Positions 15,001-22,551 of a stretch of DNA of 22,551 nt are shown here, one piece after another. The DNA is taken from the NCBI GenBank assembly GCA_052386995.1, contig JBQTJP010000321.1, positions 1-22,551 on the forward strand, read 5' to 3'. The notes below the pieces were generated by a model. That model did not search any database. It was not told the origin of the DNA and worked only from the letters and a program-made list of their open reading frames with translations. The translations under genes and the position numbers were made by a program. This DNA is from Armatimonadota bacterium (GTDB lineage: Bacteria > Sysuimicrobiota > Sysuimicrobiia > Sysuimicrobiales > Humicultoraceae). Position 1 is the first letter of the stretch, and every line of letters begins with the position of its first letter.

Positions 15001-16260
15001 TCAGCCTCCTTCGATCCAGGATTTGAGGCGCGCGAGCCCCTCACGGATCTCCGCGGCGTCGATACCGGAGTAGGCGAGCCGGATAAACGAGTCTGGCTCG
15101 CCGGGCAGCATCCGGCCAAAATGCCGCCGCGTGCAGAATGAGACCCCGGTGCGGCGCAGCGCCGCGTCGGCGAAGTCACGCACATCGCGCAGTCCCAGCT
15201 TGCGGATGGCGCCACCGACCTCCGGATACAGGTAGATCGTCGACGCGGGGATCCTGACCTGGATGCCCTCCATCCCGGTCAACGCCTGCAGCGTCGCATC
15301 GCGGCGCTCTTTCAGGGCGGCGAGGAGCGCCGCCGCATCACTCTGGTCCCCGCGCAGTGCCTCGAGCCCCGCCCACTGCGTGAAGTTGGCCGTGCCGGAT
15401 TCCGCCGCGCTGAGCGTAGTGAACACGTCCATGAGTGCCGGCGGACCGATCGCCGCGCCGAGCCGCCAGCCGGTCATCGCGTACTTCTTCGAAAACGTGT
15501 AGAGGGTCACGGTGCGCCCGGCCATGCCGGGCAGGCTCTGCAGAAAGTGGGTCTGGCCATCGTAGCGAATCTCCGCGTACGCGTCGTCGGCCAGCACGAG
15601 TAGGTCGTGCCTGCCGACCAGCTCCGCCAGCCGCTCGACCTCGCGGCGATCACATTCGGCGGCCGTCGGGTTGTGGCAGTTGTTGAGGATGAGCGCCCGC
15701 GTTCTCGGTGTGATCTGGGCGCTCAAATGATCGATGTCGATCGCAAACCGCTCGCCCGACTCGACGATCCTGTACGGCCGTGCCACGCCACCGAAGAGCT
15801 CGACGGCGAATTCGTACACCGGAAAGCCCGGAACGGGATAGAGGATCTCGTCTCCGGGACTCACGACCGCCTGCGCGAACTTGAGGATGACCTGACTGCC
15901 GCCCGACTGCACGGCCACGTTCTCGGGCGCGTATGGGACGCCATGCAGCCGCGCACACTCATCGGCCAGCGCCTCGCGCAGCGGCATGATGCCCGCCGCG
16001 GGTGCGTATCCCGTCTTGCCATCGCGCATGGCCCGATGCGCCGCCTCAACAACCGACGGCGGGGTGGGAAGACCGAGATCCCCCAGGTGGAAAGCGTAGA
16101 CCGTCACCCCGCGCGCGGCCAGGGCCGCGGCGGCTTCGAACACCGCATAGGGCGTCTCATCGCCGAGCTGAGCCAGACGGCTCGCCAGCGGCACCTCGCG
16201 CGCGGCGCGTGAAGTCATCATGTCGCCATCGCTATCGTCGGTGGTGTCTTCGAAAGACAC
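15001..16260 (-). CDS. PLP-dependent aminotransferase class I/II (aspartate aminotransferase-like), canonical motifs
   Basis: TGYAPAAGIMPLREAL, HNPT, DDAY, SKKYAMTGWRLG, FIRLAY. GTG start with GAAGGGGAG upstream. Confidence 0.92.
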   Translation of the reverse strand: MSFEDTTDDSDGDMMTSRAAREVPLASRLAQLGDETPYAVFEAAAALAARGVTVYAFHLGDLGLPTPPSVVEAAHRAMRDGKTGYAPAAGIMPLREALADECARLHGVPYAPENVAVQSGGSQVILKFAQAVVSPGDEILYPVPGFPVYEFAVELFGGVARPYRIVESGERFAIDIDHLSAQITPRTRALILNNCHNPTAAECDRREVERLAELVGRHDLLVLADDAYAEIRYDGQTHFLQSLPGMAGRTVTLYTFSKKYAMTGWRLGAAIGPPALMDVFTTLSAAESGTANFTQWAGLEALRGDQSDAAALLAALKERRDATLQALTGMEGIQVRIPASTIYLYPEVGGAIRKLGLRDVRDFADAALRRTGVSFCTRRHFGRMLPGEPDSFIRLAYSGIDAAEIREGLARLKSWIEGG

Positions 16261-16363
16261 CGCGACTCCCCTTCATCGACCGTGCGGGCGTGCGCAACAG
16301 GAGCGCGCTCCCGGCGCACCGAATGTCACCAGTACGTTCCGATCCTCGTCGGGAGGGTCTTGA

Positions 16364-16720
16364 GTGTACCGCGGCTCACCAGGCATGCTTGCCTGGGCGC
16401 TCCATCGCATTACCGGTGTCGCGGTTCTGCTCTTCCTCCTTGCACACATCGTTGAGACCTCGATGCTGGGGCTGGGCCCGGACGCCTATAACCGGGCGAT
16501 CAGCATCTACAAACAGCCGTGGTTCAAGCCCCTCGAGTTTCTCCTGGTAGCGGCCGTCCTCTACCACGCCGGGAACGGCATCATGGTGATGATCCTCGAC
16601 GTCTGGCCGGCGTCCACTCGCTTCTACCGCCGCATGTTCCTGATCGGGGCGGGACTTTACGTGATCGCCCTCATGCCGGTGGCGTACCTGATGCTCGGCA
16701 AACTCATCGGGGTGCGGTAG
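16364..16720 (+). CDS. sdhC: Succinate dehydrogenase cytochrome b556 subunit
   Basis: RBS GGAGGG then GTG. MYRGSPGMLAWALHRITG, LAHIVET and YHAGNG (haem-ligand-type His); three hydrophobic helices. Confidence 0.88.
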   Translation: MYRGSPGMLAWALHRITGVAVLLFLLAHIVETSMLGLGPDAYNRAISIYKQPWFKPLEFLLVAAVLYHAGNGIMVMILDVWPASTRFYRRMFLIGAGLYVIALMPVAYLMLGKLIGVR

Positions 16721-16727
16721 GACACAG

Positions 16728-17105
16728 ATGCGCGGCGGGTATCGGGAGCGCCCGGGCGGGGGGATGAGCCTGTTCCTCTGGTTCTATCTGCGCGTGTCGG
16801 CGGTGGCGATGATCGGGCTCGTGATCGGCCACCTCTACATCATGCATCTGGTCAACTCTACCGACACCATCGACTTTCAATTCGTCGCCGAGCGATTCCG
16901 CGGGCCCTTCTGGCGGACATACGATCTGCTCATCCTGGTGTTTGCGCTGTCGCACGGGCTCATCGGTCTGCGGGTGATCTTCGACGACTACATCCATCAC
17001 CGTGGATGGCGCGCCGCGGCCGAAGCCGCTCTCTGGATCATCGGTATCGTGTTTATCGCGCTGGGCGCGCTGGTCCTCTTCGTATTCCAGGCGCCGGGAG
17101 GCTGA
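16728..17105 (+). CDS. sdhD: Succinate dehydrogenase hydrophobic membrane anchor subunit
   Basis: WFYLRVSA, GHLYIMH, WRTYD, SHGLIGLRVIFDDY; three TM helices; directly follows sdhC. Confidence 0.87.
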   Translation: MRGGYRERPGGGMSLFLWFYLRVSAVAMIGLVIGHLYIMHLVNSTDTIDFQFVAERFRGPFWRTYDLLILVFALSHGLIGLRVIFDDYIHHRGWRAAAEAALWIIGIVFIALGALVLFVFQAPGG

Positions 17106-17108
17106 TCT

Positions 17109-18530
<1,422 letters not shown>

Positions 18531-18539
18531 CCGCGGTTC

Positions 18540-18570
18540 TTGACTGAAAGTCTGAATATCTGATAGTCTG
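18540..18570 (+). promoter_or_regulatory. Candidate sigma-70 promoter of the TA operon overlapped by tandem 8-bp repeats (putative autorepression operator)
   Basis: -35 TTGACT (18540-18545), 18-bp spacer, extended -10 TGaTAGTCT (18561-18569). Repeats CTGAAAGT, CTGAATAT, CTGATAGT, CTG at 18544-18570. Confidence 0.6.
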
Positions 18571-18588
18571 CCCTTGAGGCGACATGAT

Positions 18589-18879
18589 GTGAAACCAATC
18601 AGAACCGGGAAGCGGGGCGCAGTGGTGATTCCTGCAGAACTCCGGCGCAGGTACGGAATCGGCGAAGGATCGCTTGTTGTTGCGGAAGCGCAGCCGGAGG
18701 GGATTCTGATCAGGCCTGCGGTCGCGGTTCCGATAGAAATATACACGCCGGAACGAAAGGCGGAATTCCTGCTATCCAACGCGCTTGACGCTGCGGGGTA
18801 TGCCCGGGCGGTAAAGCAAGTCAAGGCCCTGGGTCTCGACCCCAAACGCATCCCTCACCGACGTCCGCGTCGAACCTGA
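18589..18879 (+). CDS. AbrB/MazE/SpoVT-family antitoxin (VapB-like)
   Basis: GKRGAVVIPAELRRRYGIGEGSLV..EGILIRP swapped-hairpin signature, immediately upstream of a PIN gene. GTG 18589 with GAGG upstream; TTG 18574 is an alternative. Confidence 0.88.
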   Translation: MKPIRTGKRGAVVIPAELRRRYGIGEGSLVVAEAQPEGILIRPAVAVPIEIYTPERKAEFLLSNALDAAGYARAVKQVKALGLDPKRIPHRRPRRT

Positions 18880-18882
18880 GGC

Positions 18883-19284
18883 TTGCGGGTCTTCCTGGAC
18901 GCCAACGTCCTGTTTTCGGTCGCCTACGGGAGCCCGAGACTGGAAACCCTGTGGCGTGTAGCGACCTTACGGGGAGACGAATTGCTCGTCTCGGCCCATG
19001 TGGTGGAGGAGGCGAGAAGGAACCTGACTAACCCACGCCACCTGGCCCGCCTTGACGCTCTGGTCAGACGAACAACTGGCGTCGCTTCAGCTCCGCCGGA
19101 CCTCGTGTGCCCGATCAATCTGCCTCCAGGAGACCGGGAAGCCTTCATGGCCGCTCTCGCCGCCCGGGCCACACACTTCCTCACGGGAGACGCGACGCAC
19201 TTTGGCGCCTACTACGGGCAGTCCATCGGCGGTGTCCTCATCCAGACGCCCGGCGAATTTCTCCTGAGCCGAAGAAAAGGCTGA
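18883..19284 (+). CDS. PIN-domain toxin (VapC-like ribonuclease)
   Basis: RVFLDANVLFS, VEE, GDREAF and LTGDATHF supply the conserved acidic residues of PIN domains. Confidence 0.88.
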   Translation: MRVFLDANVLFSVAYGSPRLETLWRVATLRGDELLVSAHVVEEARRNLTNPRHLARLDALVRRTTGVASAPPDLVCPINLPPGDREAFMAALAARATHFLTGDATHFGAYYGQSIGGVLIQTPGEFLLSRRKG

Positions 19285-19308
19285 AGGGCGTAGAGCGAAA
19301 CCTGCCGA

Positions 19309-21072
19309 ATGGCACATCGTTCCATGGACGTCGCAGATAGCAACCAGCACGACATCCTCATCATCGGCGGCGGCGGAGCCGGCCTGCGTGCGGCCATCGC
19401 CGCGGCGGAACTGAACCCGCACCTGGACATCGCTGTTCTCTCCAAGGTCTATCCGATGCGCAGCCACACGGTATCGGCCGAAGGGGGCGCCGCAGCGGTG
19501 ATCAAGTCCGGCGACAGCCTCGACGGCCACATCGAAGACACGATCACGGGATCGGACTGGCTCGCCGATCAGGACGCCGTCGAAGCGTTCGTCAGAGAAT
19601 GCCCCGCCGAGATGATTCAGATGGAGCACTGGGGCTGCCCGTGGAGCCGCCAGCCCGACGGCAGCGTGGCAGTGCGCGCATTCGGCGGCATGAAGATCGA
19701 GCGCACGTGGTTCGCCGCCGACAAAACCGGCTTCCACATGCTGCACACGTTGTTTCAGACGTCGCTGAAGTTTCCGCTGACACGATACGATGAGTGGTTC
19801 GCCACGAAGCTCCTGATAGCCGACGGTCGCTGTCAGGGCGCAGTCGCTATAGACCTGAGTACGGGCCGCGTGCAGATGATCGCAGCCCGAGCGGTGATCC
19901 TCTGCACGGGTGGGGCCGGGCGCGTCTTCCCCTTTACCACCAACGCGGCCATCTGCACCGGCGATGGCATGGCCCTGGCGTACCGCGCGGGCGTGCCGCT
20001 GAAGGACATGGAGTTCGTGCAGTATCATCCGACGGGCCTCCCGTTCACCGGGATCCTCATCACCGAGGCCGCGCGCTCCGAAGGCGGCATCCTGATCAAC
20101 AAGGATGGCTACCGCTACCTGCAGGACTACGGCCTGGGCCCACCCGACCCGTGGCCGCGTCTGCGTGCCATGGAGATGGGGCCGCGGGACAGAGTTTCCC
20201 AGGCCTTTGTCAAGGAAGCCGAGAAGGGCCGCACCGTCAAAGGGCCTTACGGCGATGTGGTGCACCTCGATGTCCGGCACCTGGGCGAGAAGAAGATCAA
20301 CGAGAGGATCCCGTTCGTGCGGGAGCTTGCCAGGCTCTACGCCGGCATCGACCCCGTGCACGAGCTCATCCCGGTGCGGCCGGTCGTGCACTACATGATG
20401 GGCGGCGTCCACACTGACGCGCACGGGGCGACGCCGGTCCCGGGCCTCTACGCGGCCGGCGAGTGCGCGTGCGTCAGCATCAACGGAGCCAACCGCCTCG
20501 GGTCGAATTCGCTGGCCGAGCTGCTGGTGTTCGGCGCCCGGGCGGGCAGAATGGCGGCGGCGTTTGCGCAGGCGCATCGCGCCATCAACCGGCAGGCTCT
20601 GATTACTCAGGTCCTCGATGAGGAATACCGGCTCTCGAGGGACTTCCTCCGCAAGGAGGGCGGCACGGAGCGCATCGCGACTTTGAGAGAAGAGATGAAC
20701 CAAACCATGGAGAACGGGTGCGGGATCTACCGCGATGAGGCTTCGCTCCGCGCGACGTGTAACGAGCTGGCCCGGCTCCGCGAACGGTTCGCGGGCGTCT
20801 CCCTCGACGATCGGACGCTCGGCTACAACACCGAGCTCATCGGCGCGCTGGAGCTCGATTTCATGCTGGATGTCGCCCAGACCGTGGCCCAGTCGGCCCT
20901 GGCCCGCACCGAGTCACGCGGCTCCCATCAGCGCACGGACTATCCGAAACGCGACGACGGCCGTTTCCTCAAACACACTCTGGCGTATCGAACCGGCGGC
21001 GCGCCCCGGATCGACTACCTCGATGTCGTCATCACGCGCTGGCCGCCGGCCGAGCGCGTGTACGGGAGATGA
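19309..21072 (+). CDS. frdA: Fumarate reductase / succinate dehydrogenase flavoprotein subunit (E. coli FrdA-like)
   Basis: [17 protein letters not shown] (covalent FAD His), [49 protein letters not shown]. Start ATG 19309 or 19324. Confidence 0.92.
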   Translation: MAHRSMDVADSNQHDILIIGGGGAGLRAAIAAAELNPHLDIAVLSKVYPMRSHTVSAEGGAAAVIKSGDSLDGHIEDTITGSDWLADQDAVEAFVRECPAEMIQMEHWGCPWSRQPDGSVAVRAFGGMKIERTWFAADKTGFHMLHTLFQTSLKFPLTRYDEWFATKLLIADGRCQGAVAIDLSTGRVQMIAARAVILCTGGAGRVFPFTTNAAICTGDGMALAYRAGVPLKDMEFVQYHPTGLPFTGILITEAARSEGGILINKDGYRYLQDYGLGPPDPWPRLRAMEMGPRDRVSQAFVKEAEKGRTVKGPYGDVVHLDVRHLGEKKINERIPFVRELARLYAGIDPVHELIPVRPVVHYMMGGVHTDAHGATPVPGLYAAGECACVSINGANRLGSNSLAELLVFGARAGRMAAAFAQAHRAINRQALITQVLDEEYRLSRDFLRKEGGTERIATLREEMNQTMENGCGIYRDEASLRATCNELARLRERFAGVSLDDRTLGYNTELIGALELDFMLDVAQTVAQSALARTESRGSHQRTDYPKRDDGRFLKHTLAYRTGGAPRIDYLDVVITRWPPAERVYGR

Positions 21073-21074
21073 TG

Positions 21075-21821
21075 ATGGCGGATCCCACGATCACCCTCGA
21101 GGTCATGCGCTACCGTCCGGGACGGGACGACTCGCCGGTCTTTCAGGCGTACGCGGTCCCCTACCGTGAGGACTGGGTGGTCCTCGACGCCCTCAACCAC
21201 ATCAAAGACCAGATCGACGGCACGCTGACGTACCGCTGGTCGTGCCGGATGGGCGTCTGCGGCTCGTGCGGTATGATGATCAACGGCGTCCCCAAACTGA
21301 GCTGCGCGGCTTTTCTCAAAGAGTACTATCCGTCGCCCGTGCGCGTCGAGCCGCTTGCCAACTTCCCCATCGCGCGTGACCTGGTCATCGTGCTCGACGA
21401 CTTCATGGAGAAGCTCACGGCCGTCAAGCCCTGGATCATCCGCGACGATGAGCGGCCGACCTCCGACGGGGAGTACCGGCAGACGCCCACCGAATTGTAC
21501 CGGTACAAGCAGTTCAGCATGTGCATCAACTGCATGCTCTGCTACGCGGCATGCCCGGTCTACGCGCTCGAGCCGCGCTTCGTCGGCCCCGCCGCCATTG
21601 CGCTCGCAGCGCGGTACAACCTCGACTCGCGCGATCAGGGCCGCAGCGAACGCGAGGAGATCGTCGCCGGACCCGACGGCATCTGGGACTGCACGTTTGT
21701 CGGCGAGTGCACGACCGTCTGCCCGAAGGACGTTGATCCGGCCGGGGCCATTCAGCAGAGCAAGGTGTCCAGCGCGCTGCACTGGATGAAGAGCGTCGTC
21801 TTGCCCTGGGGCAAACGATGA
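21075..21821 (+). CDS. frdB: Fumarate reductase iron-sulfur subunit
   Basis: [14 protein letters not shown] (2Fe-2S), [12 protein letters not shown] and [12 protein letters not shown] (4Fe-4S / 3Fe-4S). Three tandem ATGs (21069, 21072, 21075); GGGAG spacing favours the last. Confidence 0.92.
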   Translation: MADPTITLEVMRYRPGRDDSPVFQAYAVPYREDWVVLDALNHIKDQIDGTLTYRWSCRMGVCGSCGMMINGVPKLSCAAFLKEYYPSPVRVEPLANFPIARDLVIVLDDFMEKLTAVKPWIIRDDERPTSDGEYRQTPTELYRYKQFSMCINCMLCYAACPVYALEPRFVGPAAIALAARYNLDSRDQGRSEREEIVAGPDGIWDCTFVGECTTVCPKDVDPAGAIQQSKVSSALHWMKSVVLPWGKR

Positions 21822-22201
21822 GCCCCTATCAGCGTCCGGTTCGCTTCACGTGGTGGTTGGGGCACCGGGCATACACGTTGTTCGTCATCCGCGAATTGAC
21901 GAGCATCTTCATCGCCGCCTACGCGGTGCTCTTGCTTCTCCTGCTGCGAAGCCTCTCGCAGGGGCGCGAGGCCTACGCGGCCTATCTGCAGTTGCTGAGC
22001 GCGCCGGGCATGGTCGTCTTCCATCTCATCGCGCTCGCCGCGGCCCTCTACCACGCGGTGACGTGGTTCAATCTTGCTCCGAAGGGCGTCGCCGTGCGCG
22101 TGGGTAACAGCGCGCTGCCGGGGGGGCTCATCGTGGGCGGCAACTACGCGGCGTGGCTCGCCGTCTCGATCATCATCGCTTGGATCGTCCTCGGAGCGTG
22201 A
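21818..22201 (+). CDS. frdC: Fumarate reductase membrane anchor subunit C
   Basis: [20 protein letters not shown] and [13 protein letters not shown] resemble E. coli FrdC as recalled; ATGA overlap with frdB. Confidence 0.87.
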   Translation: MSPYQRPVRFTWWLGHRAYTLFVIRELTSIFIAAYAVLLLLLLRSLSQGREAYAAYLQLLSAPGMVVFHLIALAAALYHAVTWFNLAPKGVAVRVGNSALPGGLIVGGNYAAWLAVSIIIAWIVLGA

Positions 22202-22551
22202 CCGTGCGGTCGATCAAACCCCTTTGGTGGTTGCTCTTTGCGGCGGGAGGGACCGTGGCGGCCTTCGTCGTGCCGGTGCACGTCGCCCTGCTCGGAATCG
22301 CACTCCCCGCCGGGATGGCGCCGGAGGCCTTCGCGTACGACCGGATGCTCGCCCTCGTCTCGCATCCCCTGAGCCGCCTGTACCTCTTCGTTGCGATCTC
22401 GTTATCGCTCTTCCACTGGGCGCACCGGTTTCTCTACACGCTCGCAGAGGGACTCCATCTGAAAACCGCCTGGCTGCCCCTGCCGGTGGCCTGCTATGGC
22501 AGCGCCATTGTCGGCACCGTCCTCGCCGCGATTGTTCTCGCAAGATTATGA
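22198..22551 (+). CDS. frdD: Fumarate reductase membrane anchor subunit D
   Basis: KPLWWLLFAAGG, FHWAHR and ACYG resemble FrdD; GTGA overlap with frdC; TGA at the window end. Confidence 0.87.
   Translation: MTVRSIKPLWWLLFAAGGTVAAFVVPVHVALLGIALPAGMAPEAFAYDRMLALVSHPLSRLYLFVAISLSLFHWAHRFLYTLAEGLHLKTAWLPLPVACYGSAIVGTVLAAIVLARL

Noticed and set aside
18531..19308. IS element or target-site duplication around the TA module
   Set aside because: No transposase, terminal inverted repeats or flanking direct repeats were visible by eye.
19087..20703. 538-aa - strand ORF opposite frdA, and similar shadows at 8465-9418, 9639-10661, 10273-11220 and 21015-21782
   Set aside because: All lie opposite well-supported genes and have no family motifs.

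Overview
GC-rich bacterial window with two blocks. Block 1 (1-16260) is a catabolic-looking cluster. Its + strand operon encodes the end of an M20-like amidohydrolase, a VOC/methylmalonyl-CoA-epimerase-like protein, two tandem class I/II PLP aminotransferases, a D-2-hydroxyacid dehydrogenase, an Ldh_2 oxidoreductase, an M24/creatinase-fold hydrolase, a Rid protein and a family-5 ABC solute-binding protein. It converges on a - strand operon (amidohydrolase, SDR, two Dpp-type permeases, DegT aminotransferase), followed by a divergent Gfo/Idh/MocA oxidoreductase and a third, canonical aminotransferase. Block 2 (16364-22551) is respiratory/TCA: sdhC-sdhD-fumC, an AbrB/PIN toxin-antitoxin pair, then E. 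coli-type frdABCD. Top observations: (i) the tandem aminotransferases show reciprocal loss of active-site residues, suggesting an obligate heterodimer with one active site; (ii) many enzymes in the cluster have non-canonical catalytic motifs, pointing to an uncharacterised pathway; (iii) one FrdAB catalytic pair sits with two different membrane-anchor pairs (haem-type SdhCD and FrdCD). All family calls are by eye from remembered motifs; no searches were run.
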